A stretch of 64,000 nt of DNA, taken from positions 25,667 to 89,666 of the forward strand of contig PFBD01000020.1 in assembly GCA_002773415.1 (NCBI GenBank), written 5' to 3'. Position numbers and translations under genes: made by a program. Shown one piece after another: positions 18,304 through 26,951 of this stretch (position 1 is its first letter; each line of letters starts with the position of its first letter). The notes under the pieces were generated by a model. The model saw nothing but the letters and a program-made list of their open reading frames with translations. It made no database searches and was not told where the DNA came from. The stretch is from Candidatus Harrisonbacteria bacterium CG10_big_fil_rev_8_21_14_0_10_49_15 (GTDB lineage Bacteria; Patescibacteriota; Minisyncoccia; UBA6257; 1-14-0-10-44-23).

Positions 18304-18481
18304 GAATTTCTCCTTCTCTTGTGATTTCGAGCTCCCTGATCTTTTCCGTCGTGCGAATGGTATCGGTCACGAGCCCTTCCTTCCTTCAAGACACAGACCT
18401 CCCTGTTGGGTCCTACTCTATTGGTAACATGGTATCGCTTTTTGGGTCAAGGATTTTTTTGGCAGTGATATACTGAGGGGG

Positions 18482-19663
18482 ATGCGGATAGTTTTGCACG
18501 TGGATATGGACGCTTTTTTTGCGGCGGTGGAGGAGCGGGATAAGCTGCGTCTTCGTGGTCGGCCAATTGTAGTTGGCTCTGATCCAAAGGCCGGCAAAGG
18601 CAGAGGTGTGGTGTCTACAGCAAACTATGCGGCGCGCAAGTATGGAATTCATTCGGCGTTGCCGATTACGAAAGCTTGGCAGTTATCACAGCAAGCCAAA
18701 AAAGCCGGGAAACCGGAGGTGGTTTTTATGGGCGTGGATATGGCCAAATACGCGAGAGTATCTGCGAATATCATGCAATATTTAGAGTCGCTAGTAACAA
18801 GTGGCGAGTGGCAAGGTGGAGCATTTGAGCAGGCTAGCGTGGATGAGGCCTACTTAGAATTTCCAATTTCCAATTTCCAATTATCAAACAATGATGAAAT
18901 GTGGCAATGGGCTGCAGAAAAGGCGGGGGAGATTAAGGCGCATATTAAACATGAGTTTGGGTTGACGGCGTCTATTGGCGTGGGGCCGAATAAGCTGATT
19001 GCAAAGATTGCTAGCGATCGCCAAAAACCGGACGGGTTGACGGTCGTGCCGGAAGAAGCTGTGCAGGATTTTCTAGATCCTCTACCGGTGCGAGTTATCC
19101 CGGGGATTGGACCAAAGGCTGAGGCGCAGTTGATGAGTTTGGGAGTTAAGAGAGTTGGGGAGTTACGAGGAATGCCAAAGGAAAAATTGCTGGCTGAATT
19201 TGGGAAGCATGGTGAGGGGATGTATCGCCAGGCGCGCGGTATCAGCGATAGCGTGGTCGCCCCGGGCGGGCCGGCTAAGTCTATTGGTCTGCACCGAACG
19301 TTTGGAAAAGATACCCTGGACAGTGTGGTGCTTATGAGCGAGCTCAAGGATATGGCGGCGGAGATTGGGGCCGATGTGGCGCGCGACGGCCGGCTGTACC
19401 GAACAGTTGTGCTGACAGTACGATTTTCAAATTTTAAGACGCAGACGCGGTCGCATACTTTAGAGGCGCCGGATAAGGATGTGAAAACCTTGGAGACTGA
19501 AGGGCTAAAGCTATTGATGCCGTTTTTGGATAGTCGAGAGAATCCGGGGAGGCAGAAGATACGGTTGATTGGATTGAGGGTGGAGAAATTTGTCGCGCAC
19601 GGCAATGAAGAAAAAGGAAGCATGAAAAAGGAAAAAGGAAATGCTCAGCAAGGGCTTTTTTGA
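18482..19663 (+). CDS. dinB: DNA polymerase IV
   Basis: HVDMDAFFAAVE, ANYAARKYG, ASVDEAY, NKLIAKIASD..KPDG. Confidence 0.96.
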   Translation: MRIVLHVDMDAFFAAVEERDKLRLRGRPIVVGSDPKAGKGRGVVSTANYAARKYGIHSALPITKAWQLSQQAKKAGKPEVVFMGVDMAKYARVSANIMQYLESLVTSGEWQGGAFEQASVDEAYLEFPISNFQLSNNDEMWQWAAEKAGEIKAHIKHEFGLTASIGVGPNKLIAKIASDRQKPDGLTVVPEEAVQDFLDPLPVRVIPGIGPKAEAQLMSLGVKRVGELRGMPKEKLLAEFGKHGEGMYRQARGISDSVVAPGGPAKSIGLHRTFGKDTLDSVVLMSELKDMAAEIGADVARDGRLYRTVVLTVRFSNFKTQTRSHTLEAPDKDVKTLETEGLKLLMPFLDSRENPGRQKIRLIGLRVEKFVAHGNEEKGSMKKEKGNAQQGLF

Positions 19664-19732
19664 AATGCGAAACCCCCTACCGGAAGACGGGTCTTCTGGT
19701 AGGGGGTGCGATTGGTTGCGCTTGGCCGACAG

Positions 19733-20494
19733 TTAGTCGGCGCGCAGGATCTGCAGTTGCTCGCTCAGCGTCATCAGGAGGAAGAAGCTGGCGCTGACCT
19801 GTTCCAGGAACAGCTGGCCGAGCCCGTGGCCACGCAGTTCGGGCTGGGGATCTTCTGCGAGCCATGCTCCTCCCGGGGTGAGGACGTGTGTCTGCACGGC
19901 CTTGATTCGCTCGGGTGGAGCGACGAACTCTACCCGGTGGAAGTTGTTGCCATAGTGGTCGCGGTGGTTTTCCGCGGGTGGGCGGAGCCAGGCGGTGACA
20001 GCATTGCTCAGTTCGCCGCGGAAGGTCTTCTCGTCGTCGCGGATGTAGAAGTGGGCGGAGCGGCACTTCGCGTTCCTGGCCAGGAGCCAGAGCGTGTGGC
20101 CGGCCCTTAACTCTGCGGGCGGCGTCAGTGTCCTGGCTTGGGGGCCATGTTCAGATTTTGCCTGCTTGAACTGGGCGAGATAGTCCAGTAGCGCCAGCAT
20201 GGTGCCGCCGGCGAACTCGTTACTGAACTCGTCCGCGGCCTTGGTCTCGATATTGGCATCGAGGTGAGTGACGCTGTGACCGTCGGTCTCCAGTAGCGCG
20301 CGGATGACGCGACGGATTGGGCGCCAGCCGGGGCTTCGCGCGCAAAGCCGTATGATCTCTTCGCGAGCATCCTGGTTGTTGCCGTGGTCGGCGATGATCA
20401 GGACGGACCGCCGAGTGAGCCAGTCGTCAGACCAGCCTTTGCTGAGGTGATCTCCGAATTGTTCAACGGTGCGCCGCTTTTCCGAGTCTTGCAT
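19733..20494 (-). CDS. GC-rich orphan hypothetical protein
   Basis: AAAGGAGG SD before MQDSEK; TTGACA at 20594-20599; hairpin at ~19670-19706. Confidence 0.65.
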   Translation of the reverse strand: MQDSEKRRTVEQFGDHLSKGWSDDWLTRRSVLIIADHGNNQDAREEIIRLCARSPGWRPIRRVIRALLETDGHSVTHLDANIETKAADEFSNEFAGGTMLALLDYLAQFKQAKSEHGPQARTLTPPAELRAGHTLWLLARNAKCRSAHFYIRDDEKTFRGELSNAVTAWLRPPAENHRDHYGNNFHRVEFVAPPERIKAVQTHVLTPGGAWLAEDPQPELRGHGLGQLFLEQVSASFFLLMTLSEQLQILRAD

Positions 20495-20601
20495 GTTGAG
20501 TCCTCCTTTCAAAGGACAGCGCCCCTTGCAGGGCTTGTTGTGCGGGGCAATGAGCCCCGGGCTGTCTGTAGCATGCCATGGGCTTTTGGCGTGTGTCAAC
20601 A

Positions 20602-20633
20602 CTATTTCGCAATTTCGCGAAATTGCGAAATAG
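20602..20633. repeat. Solo 32-bp perfect palindrome related to the cassette-1 sites
   Basis: ctatttcgcaatttcg-cgaaattgcgaaatag. Confidence 0.9.
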
Positions 20634-20713
20634 GGATTTCGATATTGAGTGCTGGGTGTGGTAGGATAACTATGCTTCTTAACTCATAATTCTTAGTTCA
20701 TATCTTTTTTTTC

Positions 20714-21568
20714 ATGTCCAAATACTACAACCCACCGAAGAAAACTACGTATCAACCAGGCAGTGCAACTCCTTATCGGTTGAGTCGGTCTAAGATAGAC
20801 ATGTTTATGAACTGTGCACGCTGTTTTTATATGGATCAGCGTTTGGGGGTGGCGCAGCCGCCGGGGTACCCTTTTAGTTTGAATAGTGCCGTAGACGGTT
20901 TGTTGAAAAAAGAGTTTGATGTGCACCGCGCTAATGGAACGGCGCATCCGATGATGTCCGCTCATGGATTGGATGCCGTCCCCTTTCCGCATGAGAAGAT
21001 GAATAGGTGGCGCGAGGCGGACTTTGGTCGCGGCGGCATTCGAGCGATGCACGCGCCGACGAACTTTGATGTTGGTGGCGCGGTGGATGATGTTTGGGTT
21101 AATCCGGCTGGCGAGTTAATAATTGTGGATTACAAGGCGACGGCTAAACTGGGTGAGGTGAGTTTGGACGCGGATTGGCAGATAGGATACAAGCGGCAGA
21201 TGGAGGTGTATCAGTGGTTGTTTGAGCAGAACGACTTTTCGGTCTCAAAGACGGGTTACTTTGTATATGTGAATGGGAAGATGGACGCGGCGGCTTTTGA
21301 TGGGAAGCTGGAGTTTGACGTGAAGCTTATTCCGTATGAGGGTGATGGCAGCTGGATTGAGCCGACACTGATGCAGATCAAGCAGACGTTAGAGGCAGAG
21401 GAGATCCCGCCGGCGAATAAGGAGTGTGATTATTGTTTGTATAGAAACTGGGCGATTAAGGTGGTGCAACCCCTACTTCGCCAAGGCTCCGCAGGGCAAG
21501 CTTCAAAAAAAGAGGTTTCTTTGCCGAAAAAGCCGCTGGTAGAGCCGGAACAGGGGAGCTTACTTTAG
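20714..21568 (+). CDS. PD-(D/E)XK nuclease family protein (RecB/Cas4-like, Cys-containing)
   Basis: CARCFY, GAVDD..IIVDYKAT, QMEVY, C-terminal CDYC. Confidence 0.88.
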   Translation: MSKYYNPPKKTTYQPGSATPYRLSRSKIDMFMNCARCFYMDQRLGVAQPPGYPFSLNSAVDGLLKKEFDVHRANGTAHPMMSAHGLDAVPFPHEKMNRWREADFGRGGIRAMHAPTNFDVGGAVDDVWVNPAGELIIVDYKATAKLGEVSLDADWQIGYKRQMEVYQWLFEQNDFSVSKTGYFVYVNGKMDAAAFDGKLEFDVKLIPYEGDGSWIEPTLMQIKQTLEAEEIPPANKECDYCLYRNWAIKVVQPLLRQGSAGQASKKEVSLPKKPLVEPEQGSLL

Positions 21569-21746
21569 AAAATTGGAAAATTAGGCGATTGGGCATCTGG
21601 AAAATTGTGTTTTTGACATCTGGATTGCCCGTGGTATCGTTGTATTACTGTTCGTAGGTATCCTTTGAGGAACGCGTTTTACGCGCCATCATAAGGAGGG
21701 TCTTTCTTCGTAACAGGATTACAAGTAGATTTTACAAATCCTTCTT

Positions 21747-22037
21747 ATGGATGGAGAGAACAAGAAGCGCCTGTTTGTAGGCAATCTTCCGTTTACTTCT
21801 ACTGAGGATGATCTGCGCAGTCATTTTGCCGTCGCTGGCACTGTGAAAGACGCGCACATTGTCTTGGACAAGTTCCGAGGCAACCGCCCGAAGGGCATCG
21901 CCTTTGTAGAGTTTGAGACAGAAGAGGAAGCCCAAAGGGCCATCGAGATGCTGGATGGTAAGGAGCTTGGTGGTCGTCCGCTGAAAGTGGACGTGAGCCG
22001 CCCGGCTGCAAGCCGCCCGGTTGGTGACCGCTTCTAA
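21747..22037 (+). CDS. RRM RNA-binding protein
   Basis: LFVGNL (RNP2), KGIAFVEF (RNP1). Confidence 0.93.
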   Translation: MDGENKKRLFVGNLPFTSTEDDLRSHFAVAGTVKDAHIVLDKFRGNRPKGIAFVEFETEEEAQRAIEMLDGKELGGRPLKVDVSRPAASRPVGDRF

Positions 22038-22040
22038 GAA

Positions 22041-22082
22041 CAAAAAACAAAAGACCCTTGTAACGGGGTCTTTTGTTTTTTG
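22041..22082 (+). terminator. Intrinsic (bidirectional) terminator
   Basis: caaaaaacaaaagacc..ggtcttttgttttttg. Confidence 0.8.
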
Positions 22083-22097
22083 TGATATTATATTCAT

Positions 22098-23771
22098 ATG
22101 TTGAAAGAAGATCTGCAAAAGATTATCAAGGGCGAGGTGAAAGATGATCCGGAGACGCTGAAAAAATATAGTCGGGACGCCAGTATTTTTGATATCAAAC
22201 CAAAGGCGGTTGTTTTCCCGCGGGATAGCGCGGATATTGGAGAACTTGTGCGTTATGTGAGTGAGCATAAGGAAGCGGAGAGGGACTTAAGTTTGACGGT
22301 GCGGAGCGGCGGTACGGATATGAGCGGCGGTCCGCTTTCGGAATCTCTTGTGCTTGATGTGACGGCGCATTTAAACAAGATCCACGAGGTAACGAATGAG
22401 TACGCGATTATGGAGCCGGGGGTGTATTATCGCGATCTGGATAAAGAGACGCGGCAGAGAGATGTTTTTATGCCGGCGTATCCGGCGAGCCGAGATATCG
22501 CGACTGTGGGTGGGATGACTGCGAATAACTCCGGTGGGGAAAAGACGCCGGCTTATGGAAAAGTTGAAAAGTTTGTGGAGGAGCTTTCCGTCGTTCTTTC
22601 AGATGGGAATGAGTATGTTATAAAGCCGCTTACAAAGGCGGAGCTGGACGCGAAGATGAAGCTGGAGAGTTTTGAAGGGAAGTTGTATCGGGATTTGTAT
22701 AAGTTGTTGACGGAAAATGCTGATCTGATAAAAAAAGCAAAGCCGAATGTATCAAAGAATTCCGCCGGGTATTATCTGTGGAATGTCGTAGGCGCCAATT
22801 TTGGCGCCGGAGATCCCGCCAAAGGCGGGATTGATGACAAATTCGATCTTACACAGTTAATAGTTGGATCACAGGGAACTCTGGGAATAATTACAAAGGT
22901 AAAGTTTCGTTTGGTCCGAGTGAAGCCGGTCTCTAAAATGGCGGTGATGTTTTTGCATAAGTTGGATCACTTGGGCGAGGCAATTTTGGATGTTTCTAAG
23001 CTTGAGCCGGAGAGCTTGGAGTCTTATGACGACAAGACATTGCGACTGGCAATTCGTTTTTTCATGGATATTGTCCGGATTTTGAAGCCGAAGAATGTGC
23101 TTGTGTTGGCTTGGAAGGTCTTGCCGGAGATACTGCATATTATTTTCGGGGGGATGCCGAAGCTGGTGGTGATGGCAGAGTTTACCGGCGAGAATGAGGC
23201 GGAGGTGGATGCTAAGTTGGCACAAGTTGTTGAGCACATGAAGAAGTTTAAGGTGCGGGTGCATATTACGACCAGCCAGGAAGAGGCAAATGAGTATTGG
23301 ACTATTCGGCGGGAAAGTTTTGGTTTGTTGCGAGCGAAGGTTACAAGTAAGCTGGCGGCGCCGTTTATTGACGACTTTTGCGTGCGCCCGGAGGTCCTGC
23401 CCGAGTTTTTGCCGAAATTAACCGTGATCTTGGAAAGAGCGAAGATCCGGTACGCGATTCAGGGGCATCCGGGAGACGGCAATTTTCATATCTTCCCGCT
23501 TTTGGACGTGAAAGATCCGGCGCAGAGGGCGTTGATACCAAAGTTATCTGATGAAGTATATTCGCTGGTTTTGGAATATAAGGGTTCTATTACAGCCGAG
23601 CATAATGATGGGCTTATCCGCACGCCTTACTTGGAAAAGATGTATGGTCCGGATGTGATTCGTTTGTTTGAGAAAACAAAGCTTATCTTTGATCCAAAGA
23701 ATATCTTTAATCCGGGCAAAAAGGTTTGGGGGAATTTGGCGTACGCGATGGCGCATATCAAAAGGGGTTAA
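22098..23771 (+). CDS. FAD-binding oxidoreductase (GlcD/D-lactate dehydrogenase-like)
   Basis: RSGGTDMSG, GSQGTLGII, GHPGDGNFH, AEHNDG, FNPGK. Confidence 0.9.
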   Translation: MLKEDLQKIIKGEVKDDPETLKKYSRDASIFDIKPKAVVFPRDSADIGELVRYVSEHKEAERDLSLTVRSGGTDMSGGPLSESLVLDVTAHLNKIHEVTNEYAIMEPGVYYRDLDKETRQRDVFMPAYPASRDIATVGGMTANNSGGEKTPAYGKVEKFVEELSVVLSDGNEYVIKPLTKAELDAKMKLESFEGKLYRDLYKLLTENADLIKKAKPNVSKNSAGYYLWNVVGANFGAGDPAKGGIDDKFDLTQLIVGSQGTLGIITKVKFRLVRVKPVSKMAVMFLHKLDHLGEAILDVSKLEPESLESYDDKTLRLAIRFFMDIVRILKPKNVLVLAWKVLPEILHIIFGGMPKLVVMAEFTGENEAEVDAKLAQVVEHMKKFKVRVHITTSQEEANEYWTIRRESFGLLRAKVTSKLAAPFIDDFCVRPEVLPEFLPKLTVILERAKIRYAIQGHPGDGNFHIFPLLDVKDPAQRALIPKLSDEVYSLVLEYKGSITAEHNDGLIRTPYLEKMYGPDVIRLFEKTKLIFDPKNIFNPGKKVWGNLAYAMAHIKRG

Positions 23772-23876
23772 TTTTCAATTTACGAATTTTCAATTTTCAA
23801 ACAATGTACTAATGAAGCAATGTTTTAAACATTAAGAAATTGAGAATTGGAAATTATTCATTGGTATACTAAAGAA

Positions 23877-24896
23877 ATGGAGATGTTGTATGAAGTAATT
23901 CCGCTGTTTGCCGCTTTTGGTGGGTTTTTAATAGCGGCGTATATTTATCACACCAAGCATAACAAGCGGGAGACATTGGTCTGCCCGATTGGGCACTCTT
24001 GCGACCCGGTGGTGCATAGCAAATACTCCCGGTTTCTTGGCATTCCGGTGGAGCTTATTGGAATGCTGTACTACGCACTGGTTGCTATCGCTTATGGATT
24101 ACTACTTGCGTATCCGATGGATGTAACTATGCTGGGGAGGTTTTTCTTGGTCGCGGTTACGACCGGGGCTATGTTTTTTTCAATTTATTTAACTTTTATC
24201 CAGGCGTTTAACTTGCGGGAGTTTTGCAGTTGGTGTTTGGCTTCGGCCGGGCTGTGTACGATTATTTTCCTGAGTACCATCTTTTCTTTAGAGAGCGGAC
24301 TCATCTTATTTTTAGCGGAGAGTCACTCTTTGCTGATTATTTTGCATACGATTGGGTTTGCGGTTGGAGTGGGCGCGGCTACGGCCACGGATATATTTTT
24401 CTTTAAGTTTTTGAAAGATTTTCGGATTTCAGAGCAAGAAGCCGGGACGCTACACACCTTAAGTCAGATTATCTGGGCGGCACTGGGGTTGGTTGCTTTG
24501 TCTGGTTTGGGTTTGTTTTGGCCAGAGGCGAGCACACTTTTGGCAACAGATAAGTTTTTAGTGAAGGTGTTAGTGGTAGGGGTGATAATTGTTAATGGAG
24601 CTTTATTAAATCTGCTGGTTGCGCCGCGGTTGGTGAATATCTCGTTTGGCGTAAAGCATGAGCATATGCGAGGTGAGTTGCATCGCATCCGGAAGTTGGC
24701 GTTTGCTTTGGGAGCTATCTCAATGGTTTCTTGGTACACGGCGCTTATTCTTGGATCGCTGCACGACCTGCAATTTGGTTTTGCGCAGATTCTTGGAACG
24801 TATTTGGTGGTTTTAGCGGTGGCGATTGCGGGAAGCCAGGTGGTGGAAGCAGCAGTGGCGAAGCGCGGGATCATTTTGGAAAATCCTAAATCCTAA
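23877..24896 (+). CDS. VKOR-domain membrane protein with additional TM domain
   Basis: CPIGHSCDPVVHS..GIPV and CSWC motifs. Confidence 0.88.
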   Translation: MEMLYEVIPLFAAFGGFLIAAYIYHTKHNKRETLVCPIGHSCDPVVHSKYSRFLGIPVELIGMLYYALVAIAYGLLLAYPMDVTMLGRFFLVAVTTGAMFFSIYLTFIQAFNLREFCSWCLASAGLCTIIFLSTIFSLESGLILFLAESHSLLIILHTIGFAVGVGAATATDIFFFKFLKDFRISEQEAGTLHTLSQIIWAALGLVALSGLGLFWPEASTLLATDKFLVKVLVVGVIIVNGALLNLLVAPRLVNISFGVKHEHMRGELHRIRKLAFALGAISMVSWYTALILGSLHDLQFGFAQILGTYLVVLAVAIAGSQVVEAAVAKRGIILENPKS

Positions 24897-25001
24897 GCAC
24901 TAAATCCTAAATAATATCCAAGCAAGGAAATTCTAAGTTATTAAAATTAGAATTTGAGATTTTGAATTTATTTAGAGTTTAGAATTTAGTGATTGGAGTT
25001 T
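24881..25001. repeat. Inverted heptamer array (aaatcct...gaatttag)
   Basis: Degenerate 7-mers on the left, their complements on the right; supplies the VKOR stop codon. Confidence 0.8.
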
Positions 25002-25011
25002 AATATTGATT

Positions 25012-25233
25012 ATGCGTATCATCGTGCAAGTCCGGGCAAATGCTAAGCAAGCGAAAGTAGATTGCCTGGGAAACGACACTTACAAGGTCTGGGTGGACGC
25101 GCCGGCTAAGGAGAATAAGGCGAACTTGCGGCTGATAGAGATTATGTCGCGGCACCTGGGCGTGCCGTTTGGTGCGATTCGGTTTGTCTCGGGGATGACG
25201 AGTAAAATGAAGGTGCTGGAGGTTAGGGAGTAG
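25012..25233 (+). CDS. DUF167/UPF0235 family protein
   Basis: APAKENKAN..SGMTSKMK motif. Confidence 0.85.
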   Translation: MRIIVQVRANAKQAKVDCLGNDTYKVWVDAPAKENKANLRLIEIMSRHLGVPFGAIRFVSGMTSKMKVLEVRE

Positions 25234-25268
25234 AATAATGTACACAGATAGTGTAGGGTAGACAAACT

Positions 25269-26303
25269 ATGCTTATTGATGAAGTTGAAATAATTGCGCG
25301 GGCTGGCGATGGTGGCGCCGGCTTGGTTGCGTTTTCCAAACAGATGAAGATGCATGCCCCGACCGGCGGCGATGGTGGTGCGGGCGGTGACTTGTATGTG
25401 GAGGGAGTCTCGGATTTGAACGTGCTGAACCAGTATCGTAATCAAAAGGAGTTTAGCGCGGAAAAGGGAAAGCCGGGCGGGCAGAATCGTCGGCATGGTG
25501 CGGATGGCGAAGACGTTGTTTTAAAGGTGCCGGTCGGTACGATTGTGTATAAACTGGAGACTATTTTAGATGCTCCGGAGGAGTTTACTCGGAAGCAGGC
25601 CGAGGGGCGATTTCCGTTTGAGGTGACAGAGGTTGATCAGCGGATTTTGGTGGCGCGCGGTGGCAAGGGCGGAAAGGGAAATGCTGAGTTTCGCAGTAGT
25701 CGGAAGACTAGCCCGGAGTATGCACAGAAAGGTTTAGCGGGCGAGGCGTTTAAGGTTCGCTTGGAGTTGCGACTGATTGCGGATATTGGGTTGATTGGTT
25801 TGCCGAATGTGGGTAAGTCTAGTTTGCTGAATGAGCTGACGCCAAAAGCGGCGGCTAAGGTGGCTAATTATGAGTTTACGACGCTAGAGCCGAACTTAGG
25901 CGCGTACTGGGTTACGGGCGCGGATTGGGAGCGCGATAAGCCGGTTATTTTAGCTGACATTCCCGGGTTGATTGAGGGTGCGGCCGAGGGCAAGGGCTTG
26001 GGGCATAAATTTTTGCGGCATATTGAGCGAACTAAAGTATTGTTCCATTGTGTGGCCGCGGATAGCGCGGATCCGGTCGCGGATTACAAGGCGATACGAG
26101 CAGAGCTGACAAAATATAATCCGGAGTTGATGAAGAAAGAGGAGTATCTGTTTGTGACGCGGACGGATACGGTGTCGCCGGAGAGCGTCGCCAAGACAGT
26201 GAAGGCGATGATGAAGCTCAACAAACGAATAACAGCGATTTCTATCTATGACGATGAGTCTCTTGATAGTGTCCGAAGTTTGCTCGATGAAATAACCGAA
26301 TAA
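25269..26303 (+). CDS. obgE: GTPase Obg
   Basis: Gly-rich Obg domain, GLPNVGKS, FTTLEP, DIPGLIEGA. Confidence 0.96.
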   Translation: MLIDEVEIIARAGDGGAGLVAFSKQMKMHAPTGGDGGAGGDLYVEGVSDLNVLNQYRNQKEFSAEKGKPGGQNRRHGADGEDVVLKVPVGTIVYKLETILDAPEEFTRKQAEGRFPFEVTEVDQRILVARGGKGGKGNAEFRSSRKTSPEYAQKGLAGEAFKVRLELRLIADIGLIGLPNVGKSSLLNELTPKAAAKVANYEFTTLEPNLGAYWVTGADWERDKPVILADIPGLIEGAAEGKGLGHKFLRHIERTKVLFHCVAADSADPVADYKAIRAELTKYNPELMKKEEYLFVTRTDTVSPESVAKTVKAMMKLNKRITAISIYDDESLDSVRSLLDEITE

Positions 26304-26380
26304 GGATTTAAGTAAAAAGTATGCGGTCGCACCCTTTTTACTTATTTTGAAAATCGTAAAAAATTTGTTAGTATTTTTCA

Positions 26381-26884
26381 ATGAATATCAATAAAATAAT
26401 TGGGTTTGTTATTGTAGCTCTGGTGGTTTTGCTTGGAGCGCAGTGGTATGTTAAAAATAATGACTTGCCGGAGATTAGCCTTGAGGCTGATGAGCAAGTC
26501 GTTGTTTCTGAGGAAAGTGAACAAGAAGGGGAAGATCAACCTAATATTTTAACTATGGATAACGGATTACAAATTGAAGATGTGAAAGTTGGTGAGGGTG
26601 CGGAGGTGAAGGTTGGTGATAATATCACCGTGCATTATGTTGGTGCGTTGACTGACGGCACTGTGTTTGACAGCTCGCGCGAGCGGGGTACGCCGGCGAC
26701 TTTTGGTCTTAACCCGGGTGGTTTGATTGAAGGGTGGATCCAGGGAATCCCGGGCATGAAGGTTGGTGGCGTGCGAAAACTGGTCATCCCGTCGGAGCTT
26801 GGGTATGGCGCGGCTGGGGCCGGCGCGAGTATTCCGCCAAACGCGACTTTGTTGTTTGAAGTGGAGCTTGTAGACATTAAATAG
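26381..26884 (+). CDS. FKBP-type peptidyl-prolyl isomerase, membrane-anchored
   Basis: VHYVG..FDSS..IEGW..IPSELGYG..IPPNATLLFEVEL. Confidence 0.95.
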   Translation: MNINKIIGFVIVALVVLLGAQWYVKNNDLPEISLEADEQVVVSEESEQEGEDQPNILTMDNGLQIEDVKVGEGAEVKVGDNITVHYVGALTDGTVFDSSRERGTPATFGLNPGGLIEGWIQGIPGMKVGGVRKLVIPSELGYGAAGAGASIPPNATLLFEVELVDIK

Positions 26885-26951
26885 GAAATCGGGTATAATA
26901 TCTGACATGCTGACAAAGGTGGCAGTAAGCCGCTTTTGTCTTTGTTTAATT

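Larger units (their letters stand above)
16992..18370 (-). pseudogene. Small GC-rich orphan gene interrupted by an IS
   Basis: Removing the IS plus one TSD joins (GTG)TDTIRTTEKIRELEITREGEI to LVFHNPTPT...AITGA in frame; GGAAGG SD upstream. Confidence 0.75.

Noticed and set aside
20714-21568. Cas4-like nuclease as a sign of CRISPR-Cas
   Set aside because: No cas1/cas2 and no repeat-spacer array in the window; solo PD-(D/E)XK nucleases are common.
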